A stretch of DNA of 64,000 nt from Hamiltosporidium tvaerminnensis FI-OER-3-3 (taxonomy: Eukaryota; Fungi; Microsporidia), in the NCBI GenBank assembly GCA_022605425.2, contig JAKIMF020000001.1:248001-312000 (forward strand), given 5' to 3'. Positions 36,250 through 46,855 of this stretch are shown in pieces. The notes under the pieces were generated by a model. It saw only the letters and a list, made by a program, of their open reading frames with translations, did no database searches and was not told where the DNA came from. The position numbers were made by a program, and so were the translations under genes. Position 1 is the first letter of the stretch; every line of letters starts with the position of its first letter.

Positions 36250-36963
36250 AAAGTATTACATCTTTTCAGAATAGTGGCAAGTGTTATATTTGTTTTCATG
36301 ACATTACCGCAGTTCTAGGTTTAACATAAATGACTGTTACCCCAATACCCCATCGGTAACCCCTGCGATACCTACATCCCAAAGCCTTTCATCTGCCAGG
36401 TGTGTAGAACCTAATTACTAAACGAGGCAGTTGCCCGGAGTTCTTTAATGTCCGTTGCATGGAGTGTGATCGAAGTCCGAAGCCCCCCCTAGGCTCCTCC
36501 AAGACTATGCAACATTCCCACTTACCCTACACTTTCTGAACCCAATAAACTTCTGGCCAAGGTATATTTCAGAGATTTACTTGGGGTCCACCTAGACAGT
36601 GCAATTTCATACCAACAGGTATAACCTGCTACTTAGCTCTCCCGGCTTTTAATGGTTTTATTTTAATATCACCCAGGTGCATAATCTTCTAACCTGAGTG
36701 AGCAAGGCTAGTTTTCCATGCTTTTACATGGCAATTACCTACAAGTTTAGCTGCGGTCTGCAATCTAGTTACATAAAAAACTGCAAAAAAAATTGGAGAA
36801 AAAGTTTCGCCGTTTGGTAGACCTTTTTCGTCTTTATGCAAACTTCTATATAAGAACGGAAAACTAGAGTCGTTTTATTCCCAACAAAAACAACCAATGA
36901 TCTTCACATCAGTTTCACACACTCATTACCAAACAGATAGTTTGCGTATGTGGTTATCCTCCC
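36250..36963 (-). mobile_element. ~720-bp element, copy d (inside the tandem array)
   Basis: Full-length match to copies b and e. Confidence 0.88.
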
Positions 36964-37043
36964 TAATGATCTATTACATTAATTTATTCAAAATAAGCAA
37001 TTCGACTAATATTACCTCATAATATACATAAATCTAAAAAATG

Positions 37044-37109
37044 AGGGAAATGGGTGTAATCTGCACAACACATGTAGCATACATTTCGTTTTGCTGATTA
37101 ACCATCCCT
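37044..37109 (-). ncRNA. Putative ~65-nt hairpin small RNA, copy 3
   Basis: Same hairpin with the compensatory change AACC/GGTT to AATC/GATT. Confidence 0.5.
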
Positions 37110-37754
37110 AGTGATTGAGAAAAAAACCGTTTTATAAAATTTTTTTAGATTTTTAGTAATTATTGTGGTAATTTTTATTTTTTTTCGTTAGATATTTAAT
37201 TTAATCTGTATTTTCTTTAAATAGTTAATAGATAAGAAGTTTTTAAAATGAAGATTTAAAGAGCAAAAGAAATATCTTCTAAAAAGCCAACTATTAGTTA
37301 TAATTTATATAACTATGTTGCCATAACTTTTTCATGGACGGTTTTACCAGTGTTCAAGAATCTATAATTAATCCATCAATAGAATTATATATTTGCCATA
37401 ATATAATAAAATAACCTTCAATGTCAAATAGACCTGTCTTTTATATTATAAGGTTTTTTCTTCTCCAATCCATTTATTCTTTATACATTCTAATTATTGC
37501 CGTAACACAGCCTTATTTATCTTTTAATATTCCTATATATCATTTATCAGATCCCTTTATTACTATTTCATATAGACTTCATGTAAATATTAATTATTTA
37601 GCAAACAAAATCAATATATGTTTAATATTAACAAAAATCAAGTAAAATTTACTTTCTATCTTTTCAGGTTTAATTTAATATATAAATATGTGTTTATAAA
37701 CTATAATTCGAACAAATATAAGTCATAAATATTTTGAAAAATGTTTGAATAACA

Positions 37755-37912
37755 TACAATAGGCGAGGTAATATACAGAGTAATAGACGAGGTAATAGAT
37801 GAGGTAATAGATAAAGGATAATAGAAGAGGTAATAGATAAAGTAGTAGATGAGGTAATATACAGAGTAATAGATAAAGTACTAGATGAGGTATTATACAG
37901 AGTAATAGAAGA
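37755..37912 (+). repeat. Degenerate 12-bp repeat GAGGTAATAGAT
   Basis: Read directly from the sequence. Confidence 0.8.
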
Positions 37913-38195
37913 GATTGTGTAAATCTAAGAAGATACATACTAAAAACACTTATAATTTCTATATTTTACAAGTAATTAACACATACATAAATTATTTCTA
38001 AATTCTTTAGATATTTACATACTTCATAATCCATGAAAGAATTAATTAAATCATATTTTTAAACCTTTATGAAGAAAGAATAACCACATTAAAAACTATC
38101 TGCTTGGCAATGAGTGTCTAAAATCATTTTTAACATTTTAATGGAATATAAAACACATGAATCTATAGACTAATCCTTTATAATCCCAACTTATA

Positions 38196-38918
38196 TTTAT
38201 TTAAAAGTATCACATCTTTTTAAAATAGTGGCAAGTGTTACATTTGTTTTCATGACATTAACGCAGTTCTAGGTTTAACATAAATGACTGCTACCCCAAC
38301 ACTCCATCGGTAACCCCTGCGATACCTACGTCCCAAAGCCTTTCATCTACCAGGTGTGTAGAACCTAATTAATAGGCGAGGCAGTTGCCCGGAGTTCGTT
38401 AATGTCCGTTGCATGGAGTGTGATCGAAGGCCGAAGCCCCCCCGGGCTCCCCCAAGACTATGCAGCATTCCCACTTACTCTACACTTTCTGAACCCAATA
38501 AACTTCTAGCCAAGATATATTTCAGAGATTTACATGGGGTCCACCTAGACAGTGCAATGTCATACCAACAGGTATAACCTGCTACTTAGCTCTCCCGGCT
38601 TTTAATGGTTTTTTGTTTTATATCTCCCAGGCGCTAAGTCTTCTAACCTGAGTGGGCAAGGCTAGTTTTCCATGCTTTTACATGGCAATTACCTACATGT
38701 TCAGCTGCGGTCTGCAATCTTGTTACATTAAAAACTACAAATAAATTCGTAGAAAAAGTTTCTCCATTTCGTAGACCTCATCCTCATAAAAACTCCCATG
38801 GAACAACCGAAGATGTAGTGTGTTTTTATTCCCACCGAAAATCCAAACAATGATCTCACAACAGTTTCACACACTCATTGCCAAGCAGAAAGTTTTTTAT
38901 GTGGTTATCTCCCTCCAC
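38196..38918 (-). mobile_element. ~720-bp element, copy e, with a 13-bp target-site duplication
   Basis: ATCCCAACTTATA at 38183-38195 and 38919-38931 brackets a 723-bp element that ends in TAAATAAA on the minus strand. Confidence 0.93.
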
Positions 38919-39127
38919 ATCCCAACTTATAACAAATTAAAAGAAATAAATAATAAATTTCCAGTTGTTTATCCTTGAAGGGTAAAACATAAATAAAATA
39001 ATTAAGTAAGTTATATCATAAAATAATTCAAAATAACCTTTTAAATTAAAAACAGAAAAGTTACAAATAAATTAAATATAAAAGTTACTGAATGATATAA
39101 GAATTTCTATTTACTTTGTAAAATATT

Positions 39128-39380
39128 TTAAGTTTTATTTTCATTTATTTTTCTATTCTTAATTTTAGTTTTAGTTTCTATTTTTATTAAAGTTTTATTT
39201 TCATTTATTTTTCTATTCTTATTCTTATTTTTAATTTTAGTTTTAGTTTCTATTAAAAGTTTTATTTTCATTTATTTTTTTATTTTTAATTTTAGTTTTA
39301 GTTTCTATTAAAAGTTTTATTTTCATTTATTTTTCTATTTTTAATTTTAGTTTTAGTTTCTATTTCTATTAAAAGTTTGA
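39128..39380 (+). repeat. ~55-66-bp T-rich tandem repeat, ~4 copies
   Basis: AAGTTTTATTTTCATTTATTTTT..TTTTAGTTTTAGTTTCTA repeated. Confidence 0.85.
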
Positions 39381-39716
39381 CATTCTTGTTTTATTTATAA
39401 TTTTAATATCTCATTATATCATTATATCATAAATATCATATAATATCATTTAATATCTTTTAGAAGGTACTGTAATAAAAAAAATAATTTATTATAAACT
39501 AATAAGAATTATTCAAAACAATATATTTCTATCTTTTATCTTTTAATCTTATCATAAAACTAAAATATCATCTTTCTATAAAATATTATATTTCTAATCT
39601 CTATTATCTCTACTAATCTCTACTAATCTCTATTAATCCCTACTAATATCTCTTTAAATATTATCTTTCTTTAGAATTAAATTTTTTTAAAAACATCATT
39701 AAATTTTACCCTCAAA

Positions 39717-41084
39717 ATGACTGAAAAAATAGAAAGCCAAATTATTGATTTAAGCATTCAAGAAGAAAGTATTGCCTATAAAAAAGTTCAACTTACAGAC
39801 CTTTCAAAAGATTTTATTGGTCAAAAAATTTGTACATTCGGATGGGTAATAACATGTCGTACAACTAAAGCAGGTATGTTTATAGATTTGTATTGTGGTT
39901 TTAAAACAATAAAATGTTTATATCCAAGAGAATTTGAACACAAATCTATTTCTAAATGGACTTCTCTAACAATTTATGGTGAAGTTAAAGAAAACTATAA
40001 GCATTCTAAAGATTCAAGTGAATTTGAAGTACATATTGATCGAATGGAGATATTTGGAGGAAAACAGTCACCACCTTTTCCTATAAACAATGAAACACTT
40101 CCGTTTGTCAAATTAGAAAAAGGACATTTGAATTTGAGAACAGAGGAGCGAATTTTCTTTTTAAAAGCTCGATCTTGTTTAATGCGACATTTTAGAGATT
40201 TTTATTATAAAAATAATTATATTGAAATAACACCCCCTACTATAGTTAAAACACAGGTTGAAGGGGGAAGTACACTTTTTAATTTAAAATATTACGGATC
40301 TGATGCTTATCTTACACAATCATCACAACTGTATTTGGAAACAGTTGTTCCTGTTACTCAGAAGGCATATTGTATTATGCCAAGTTACAGAGCAGAAAAA
40401 AGTAATACTACACGACATTTGAGTGAATATACACATGTGGAAGCAGAATTGGCAGATTTAAATTTTTCAGATTTGTTGGATTCAATTGAAAAATTGGTTT
40501 CTTACGTAATTTCTAAATTTTATGAGGAAATGAGAAAAGATATTTTAATTTTAAATCCAAATTTTGAATTTTTAAAAGTCGTTGAAAAACCATTTAAACG
40601 AATCAGATATACCGATGCTATTGAATTTCTTAGAAATATGAAATATTTGAAAGAAGATGGTACTGAATTTGTATGTGGTGATGATATTCCAGATGCAGGA
40701 GAAAGATTTTTAGTAGAAAAGTATGGAGAAGGATTACCTGTATTTCTGACTCATTTTCCTGTTTCATTTAAACCTTTTTATATGAGAAAAGAAGATGAAG
40801 ACAATACGTTTACTGAAAGTTGTGATCTTTTATTTCCTGGAATTGGTGAGATTTTAGGAGGAAGTATGAGATGTGAAAAACATTCAGAATTAATTGAAGG
40901 ATTTAAAAGAGAAAAAATTGATACAGAAAATTATTTCTGGTATACTGATTTACTGTTGTATGGTCCTTTCAGACATGGAGGATACGGATTAGGATTTGAA
41001 AGATTACTTATGGGATTGATGAGATGGGAAAGTGTTAATAAGGCTTGTCTTTATCCAAGGTTTCTAACAAGATGTGCTCCTTAA
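39717..41084 (+). CDS. Asparaginyl-tRNA synthetase (cytosolic type)
   Basis: OB-fold N-terminus, TQVEGGSTLF, YLTQSSQLYLE, YRAEKSNTTRHLSEYTHVEAE, GEILGGSMR, HGGYGLGFER, LYPRF. Confidence 0.96.
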   Translation: MTEKIESQIIDLSIQEESIAYKKVQLTDLSKDFIGQKICTFGWVITCRTTKAGMFIDLYCGFKTIKCLYPREFEHKSISKWTSLTIYGEVKENYKHSKDSSEFEVHIDRMEIFGGKQSPPFPINNETLPFVKLEKGHLNLRTEERIFFLKARSCLMRHFRDFYYKNNYIEITPPTIVKTQVEGGSTLFNLKYYGSDAYLTQSSQLYLETVVPVTQKAYCIMPSYRAEKSNTTRHLSEYTHVEAELADLNFSDLLDSIEKLVSYVISKFYEEMRKDILILNPNFEFLKVVEKPFKRIRYTDAIEFLRNMKYLKEDGTEFVCGDDIPDAGERFLVEKYGEGLPVFLTHFPVSFKPFYMRKEDEDNTFTESCDLLFPGIGEILGGSMRCEKHSELIEGFKREKIDTENYFWYTDLLLYGPFRHGGYGLGFERLLMGLMRWESVNKACLYPRFLTRCAP

Positions 41085-41157
41085 TTAAAGTTGATTGGTT
41101 TTATATTTTTATAATTTTATTTTTTTTTATAATCATTTGTAGTTTTTTATTCATTTA

Positions 41158-42703
41158 TAGGTTTTTAGCTCAATATAATAATCCTTGCAATCAATATAAT
41201 AATTTTTCGATCAATATAATAATCCTTGCAATCAATATAATAATTATTTTTAAAAAATAAAAATTTAAAAAATAGAAATTTAAAAAATAAAATTATAAAT
41301 AGTACCTGAGATTTGTTATTCAAGAATAACTTGCCTTACTTCAGCCATTTGCAAATATCTTAACATTTTATGGTACAAAGAACTACAATGTTCTCCGGTG
41401 ATCTCATTAAATTTTTCACAAATTAATATTCTCAACTGAGACTCAGTACGAGCACCGCCTCGAATTACTCTATTTTTCCAGACTGAGAATACATTCTCAA
41501 TTGGATTAAGAAATGGAGAGTAAGGTGTGAGATATTTTATTCGATACGAAGCAATTTCCTCATCATCATTCAATCCACGATAGTGATGAATTCTCGCATT
41601 GTCCATTACAACTATTGGAGTCAAAATTCCTTGCCTTTGACAACTTTCATTAATCTCCTTAATGGATAATTTGAAATCCTCACCATTTACGGCTCTCTCA
41701 TGAATCTTATGGTATATCCTAACATATTTGTTAACTGCTGCGACAGCTGAAATATTTCTACCTCGGAGTGCAGTTACAGATAAGTATGCAGATTAACTTC
41801 ACATATTACGACCTCTGCTGGGGCGTGTTACTACTGCAAACCCAACTTTATCTAAAAAGACAAAGTTTTTGTAATCGTTATCAACCTACACCTCACGAAA
41901 ACTAGTTGCGTAATTGGTTCTTAGCTCAATTGTCGAAAGTGTATTTCTACGCTCAGGCACTAATTTTACACGCTTTAGAGTGTAATGGAACTCTTTTAGT
42001 GCGCGATCAATTGTACTAGTCGACACATCAACATTAAATGTACATTTGACCCATTCTGCCAACTCATACAGGGTTTTTGTATACTTTAAATCAACATAAG
42101 TTTGTAAGCTCTCTTTTATTTCCAAAGTTAACTTTGATCGCCCATCACCACCTCTTTTCTCGACAAATACCAAGCCGGTTTTTAGATATCGTCTAACGAT
42201 ACTTTAACCGTCTGGTAATTTATTCGATAATTAGAGGAAATTGCGGACATAGAATAGCCTTCTAATGTTTTTTTCAATTATGCGTTCCCTTTCATTAATA
42301 GAAACCATTTGTTTCCTCAGACTTGGAATGGTGGTTAGTGGGAGATTTTTATCATGTGATCCCGATGTTTGCACAAGACACTTCAAAACATTGTAATTTT
42401 CGCACTCTATACATTCCGGTGTTTCACCTACATGAAAATCATATTTTTTCTCGTTGGTATTTTTACCTGAAAAAGAATTTGACATGGGAGTTAATTTTAT
42501 AATGAATGAATTATTTTTTAAATTTTTATTTTATAAATTTCTATTTTTTTAAAATAATTATTATATTGATTGCAAGGATTATTATATTGATCGAAAAATT
42601 ATTATATTGATCGAAAAATTATTATATTGATTGCAAGGATTATTATATTGATCGCAAATTATTATATTGATCGAAAAATTATTATATTGATCGAAAAACC
42701 CTA
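41158..42703 (-). mobile_element. Tc1/IS630-family (DD34E) transposon, second copy, with expanded 20-bp subterminal repeats
   Basis: Homologous to 10432-11800. TIR ..GATCGAAAAACCCTA ends at 42703 and a degenerate TIR starts at 41158. D(34)E spacing in MDNARIHH..NPIE. ATTATATTGATCGAAAAATT-type units x7 at ~42560-42700. Confidence 0.92.
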
Positions 42704-43054
42704 TATAATCTTTTTATGGGTTATTATAATAATATTTAGCACTTGCTATTTACTATTTAGATATTACCTAGTATTATTACTTATTACTTATCTTATTAGA
42801 TATTACTTAGTAATATTACTTATTACTTTTAGACATTAGTTATTAAGTATAACTGATTAAAAACCCTTTAAGTAATAATTAATAAATTTATAAATTAAAG
42901 AGATAATCTTATGATCTTATGTAAAAATTTAGAAATTAAATTTGTCAATAAAATGTTTTTATAATTATTAAAATTCTATATTTTTTTAAAAGAATTTATT
43001 TGAACTATTTTGTTATTTTAATTATTAAAATTCTATATTTTTATAAAAATCTCA

Positions 43055-46000
43055 AATGGGTAGAAAGAAAAATGTTAGCAGCGAAATATCGAATAATACC
43101 AAAATAAAGGCTGCAAACGACGCTGATGAGGTGAAAAAGAGTGATAGTGAGATACAAAAATGTAAGCTACACCCACCGGCGATTCCCCTACCTTCCTCCT
43201 CCTACACAACAATAACACCTCCACCACCAAGCCAAACATGCAGTAAAATGCAAAATAGTGGGCTTGACACCTTACCTTCGCCTAATACACCAGTTCCCTC
43301 TTCGGTTGAAGTCTCTGCGTGCGAGCCATCGTACGACATGACAAGCCCCTGTACTCTAGCTACTCCGGAAGGTAACAGGCTAATGGCATTGCGGACGATA
43401 TTCGATTCCGTAACAGCCGACCCGAAGGAATGGCCTCGAATTGTTTTTTTTGCAGTACAGACAAGGTTTGAAAGAATGCCAAGAAATGGCTGGACAGAGC
43501 TTCACAGGTACTATAATGAGAAATTCGGCTGCACTGAAACTCTCGAAGTGTTAAAAAAATTGGCACAAAGTGAGATGGGAAAGGATGTAAAATCAGAAGA
43601 GAATGGAGAGCGACGTAGAATCGCCACTTGTCTCGCTGATACATGCACCTTGACCGACACCACGGAGTACATAAACCTGAGAGATAAATTCTTGAGTAAA
43701 ATCAAAGAAATCTCTGAGAACGAAATTGGAAAAGTAGTGGTCCGAACTAGAAAACATCCAAATGAATTGGTTGATAGTAAAGTTCTGGATCTCATTAATC
43801 GAGTAGTCGGTGAATATGCAGGAGCTCATGTACCTGAGTCAATTACGGAAGCCGCGTATATCATGCAAGCTGCGCAGGTATGCTATGACGAGGCAACACG
43901 CAAAGAAAAGCCTAGATCCGCTTGGAAGGAAAACATAGAAAGTAAAATTTCTAAGTTAGTACTTTCCAAAGATCTTCTCGAGAAGGCTCGTAAGCAGGAA
44001 AAGCTCTCCACTTCGGAAACGAAGAGCCTTAAGAAAATCATGCGAGAGTTTAATTTAAACTTGAGCAGCGTAACTGATCTTTCTGAGGCTTTAGTTAAGA
44101 AGAATGAGTCTTTGAATGTTTACGAGAAAAAAATTACGATGCATGAAAGTAGGAAGCAATTCCGAAAAGAGAATCGTATGTTTGAGCTTTTCCGAGGTCG
44201 ATTTTATCGTGGGTTATCTGAGCGTGTGGAATCCGAGCATGTGGTTAGCCGTGATGAAATTGTGAGTTTTTGGTCTACAATGTGGAACAAAAATGATGAC
44301 ACAGTCACGTACGATGATTATTTGATTCCATTTGTATCAGATAATCATCCGACCACGTTTCCTTCACTTGATGAATTTGTGAATATCATTAATTGGCTCC
44401 CTAATTGGAAAGCTGCTGGAATTGATGGTATCTACAATTTTTTCATTAAGAAACTTACAACTCTTCACAAATATCTTTATGATATTGTGAAAGTTATATG
44501 TTTAGAAGGAACACCTCAAGCTGATTGGTTTTACTGCGGGCTTACGTATTTGATACCGAAAGGAATTCCACGAAGAGGCTCTGACTACAGGCCAATCACT
44601 TGTATGTCCAACCTCTATAAGTTAACGACAAAGTGTGTAACGAAAGTCGTTCAACTTGAAGTGGAAAGGCGAGGGTTGCTTGCAGAGAACCAACTAGGGG
44701 CGGTAAGAGGTGTGCAGGGAGCGAAAGAGCAGGCTCTACTGAATATTGCCTTAAATAAAGAGTACGGAAACAATCTTAAGGCAACATGGATTGATGTTAA
44801 AAAAGCTTATGATTCAATAGATCATGCTTATTTAACTCAATGCATTGAAAACCTTAATTTACCTGATTGGATCCTGAAATTTATTAAGGTAATTATATCA
44901 AAATGGAAAATTGATATATCAGTAGGGCCTGAAAAAATCATGAGCAAGAAGATTGATAGAGGGATCCTGCAAGGAGATAGTCTGTCACCTTTGTTATTTG
45001 TGTTGTGTATGGATCCATTAAGCCGAAAGCTTAATGAAAAATACACAAAAGTGACAGTACAAACAGATGCAGAATCCCATTCTACTAATCATCTCTTGTT
45101 TATTGATGATCTTAAGCTCCTTGCAAAAGACAGCTCCACATTGAGTGCTATGACAGGCGAGGCAAAGGAATTTTTAGAGGTGATTGGCTTAGAGATTAAC
45201 AAAGAGAAGTCAGCCACAAATGATACGTGTTGTGAAGATACTGCTACTCTTCTAGAAGGTGTTAGTGTTTACAAATATTTAGGAATAATAGAAGATAGCA
45301 GAGGAATCCCAACACGTAGCTCATTTGAAGAAGTACAGAGCAAACTTATATCAAGAGTTGAAAGACTTTGTCACACTAGATTAAATGCAAAAAATTTATT
45401 TTCTGCAATCAATCAACATGCGATATCGTTAATCAACTACCACATAGGAGTACTTCGACTTGAACCGGCTGACTTCTCTAAGTTAGATGATGTAGTGCGT
45501 GCGGTGTTGGTTAAAAATAAGATACATCTCCGCCCAGGATGTAAAGAGCGGTTGTATCTTCCTAGAACAGAACTTGGAAGAGGCCTACATAGTGTTGAGT
45601 TGCGAAGCGAACATATGCTTCTGCAACTCTTGGATTGTCTGGAAAAAAGTAAAGAAATATCAACTAGACGAGCAGCAATCCTCAAGGTGGAGAATAATAA
45701 TAAAACCCATCTTGCACTAATAAAAGGCTTCTTAAAAGTAAAGTACAGGTTGGCAGAAGAAGTCACTAAGAAAAGTTTAGAAGAAGCTCAACTTGCAAAA
45801 CTATATAACGAAATAGAAAAACAAAAACTCCATTCAAAGTTATATAATGCAAGGAAAAATGAGCTTGTGAGTGTTAGTGACTCTTCAAGATGGCTAAAGA
45901 GAGGAAATATTAGGCCACGAAATGAAGCTGTGTTCTGCTATATCCAGGATAGAAATGTATTCTGGGGAGCAGATGGTGTGTGTCAACATTGCGGGAAGTC

Positions 46001-46855
46001 TGGTAAGACTGTGGATCATCTAGCAACTAGATGTGAAAAAATGCTAGGCCATGATTACACTAGACGGCATAATGAAGTGGTTAGATGCCTACACCTTCTC
46101 CTTCTAAATAGATATAAGTTTAAGTCTTCAAAACGAATAAGGAGCCACTCAGTTCAAGAAATTCTTGATAATGAGTATGCAGAGATAAGAGTGGACACCA
46201 GAATTAAAACTGATGTTAAAATTCGGAATAACAGACCAGACATATTTATTTTAGATAAGAAGAAGAATAAGATAACACTCATTGAAGTAGGAATCACTTC
46301 CCAAGATTCACTTCAAATAGTTGAAACTGAAAAACTTAGGAAGTATGACCTGCTAGCCAATGAGTTGGGCCTTATTTATAAGTGTAGTGTTGAGATAATC
46401 CCTTATGTGATGACCTGGGACGGTATTGTGACAAAATACCATAAATCTCATCTTAAAAGACTAGAAATACCCATGAATGTAGAAGCATACATTCAGTCTA
46501 TAGTACTTAAAAAGACAGTCGAAACTATTTCCTTTGATCGACGAAGAGGACTTGAGTCAGGACTAAATGCCGAAGAGAGCTGGGAGAGAGCGTCAATGGG
46601 TGTTATTATGAGATCAGAGATGCATGAGGAACCAATACCCCCTTTAAAAGAAGCGAAAACAGAGGAAGATGGTGCCAAAAATTTTAAACCAAAATATAAA
46701 GCCCCCTTTATTTTACAAGGAGGAACCACTTTAGAGGAACCGACCAATAACATAAATGAAGAGTCGGATTTGGAAGAAGAGACAAAAGTGGTTAAAGAGG
46801 TAGAAGAAAACATGTAAAAAATGGTAAAAAATATTTTAACCCAGAATTTTATTAA
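43055..46855 (+). mobile_element. Non-LTR retrotransposon with restriction-like endonuclease (R4/Dong/NeSL-like group), apparently intact
   Basis: 12-bp TSD ATAAAAATCTCA at 43043-43054 and 46856-46867; single ORF; higher GC than the flanks. Confidence 0.93.
43056..46817 (+). CDS. Reverse transcriptase + CCHC zinc knuckle + PD-(D/E)xK endonuclease
   Basis: KAAGIDG, YRPITC, WIDVKKAYDSIDH, GILQGDSLSPLLF, LFIDD, YKYLG, CQHC..H....C, RHNEV, RPDIF..IEVG. Confidence 0.96.
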   Translation: MGRKKNVSSEISNNTKIKAANDADEVKKSDSEIQKCKLHPPAIPLPSSSYTTITPPPPSQTCSKMQNSGLDTLPSPNTPVPSSVEVSACEPSYDMTSPCTLATPEGNRLMALRTIFDSVTADPKEWPRIVFFAVQTRFERMPRNGWTELHRYYNEKFGCTETLEVLKKLAQSEMGKDVKSEENGERRRIATCLADTCTLTDTTEYINLRDKFLSKIKEISENEIGKVVVRTRKHPNELVDSKVLDLINRVVGEYAGAHVPESITEAAYIMQAAQVCYDEATRKEKPRSAWKENIESKISKLVLSKDLLEKARKQEKLSTSETKSLKKIMREFNLNLSSVTDLSEALVKKNESLNVYEKKITMHESRKQFRKENRMFELFRGRFYRGLSERVESEHVVSRDEIVSFWSTMWNKNDDTVTYDDYLIPFVSDNHPTTFPSLDEFVNIINWLPNWKAAGIDGIYNFFIKKLTTLHKYLYDIVKVICLEGTPQADWFYCGLTYLIPKGIPRRGSDYRPITCMSNLYKLTTKCVTKVVQLEVERRGLLAENQLGAVRGVQGAKEQALLNIALNKEYGNNLKATWIDVKKAYDSIDHAYLTQCIENLNLPDWILKFIKVIISKWKIDISVGPEKIMSKKIDRGILQGDSLSPLLFVLCMDPLSRKLNEKYTKVTVQTDAESHSTNHLLFIDDLKLLAKDSSTLSAMTGEAKEFLEVIGLEINKEKSATNDTCCEDTATLLEGVSVYKYLGIIEDSRGIPTRSSFEEVQSKLISRVERLCHTRLNAKNLFSAINQHAISLINYHIGVLRLEPADFSKLDDVVRAVLVKNKIHLRPGCKERLYLPRTELGRGLHSVELRSEHMLLQLLDCLEKSKEISTRRAAILKVENNNKTHLALIKGFLKVKYRLAEEVTKKSLEEAQLAKLYNEIEKQKLHSKLYNARKNELVSVSDSSRWLKRGNIRPRNEAVFCYIQDRNVFWGADGVCQHCGKSGKTVDHLATRCEKMLGHDYTRRHNEVVRCLHLLLLNRYKFKSSKRIRSHSVQEILDNEYAEIRVDTRIKTDVKIRNNRPDIFILDKKKNKITLIEVGITSQDSLQIVETEKLRKYDLLANELGLIYKCSVEIIPYVMTWDGIVTKYHKSHLKRLEIPMNVEAYIQSIVLKKTVETISFDRRRGLESGLNAEESWERASMGVIMRSEMHEEPIPPLKEAKTEEDGAKNFKPKYKAPFILQGGTTLEEPTNNINEESDLEEETKVVKEVEENM

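Larger units (their letters stand above)
34280..37560. repeat. ~1.36-kb tandem array (~2.4 units), each unit a hairpin, a spacer and a 720-bp element
   Basis: Hairpins at 34328, 35684 and 37044; spacer ~35860-36085 is essentially identical to ~37220-37445; 720-bp elements at ~34890 and ~36250. Confidence 0.88.

Noticed and set aside
38455-38715. Resemblance of the element core to group I intron Q/R/S motifs (ACCGCAGC, GTTCAGA, CATAGTC) and to U6 CAGAGA..CATGG
   Set aside because: Short partial matches only; the P7 and U6 pairings could not be built by eye. It needs an Infernal search.
38196-38918. 720-bp element as a solo LTR or MITE
   Set aside because: No TG..CA ends and no TIRs; the 13-bp TSD and A-rich tail fit target-primed retroposition better.
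42627-42839. Short hydrophobic ORFs at Tc1 ends and other AT-rich spots (41045, 13812, 33970, 37421, 37723, 60816, 62750)
   Set aside because: They overlap repeats or TIRs, or are chance ORFs with no motif support.
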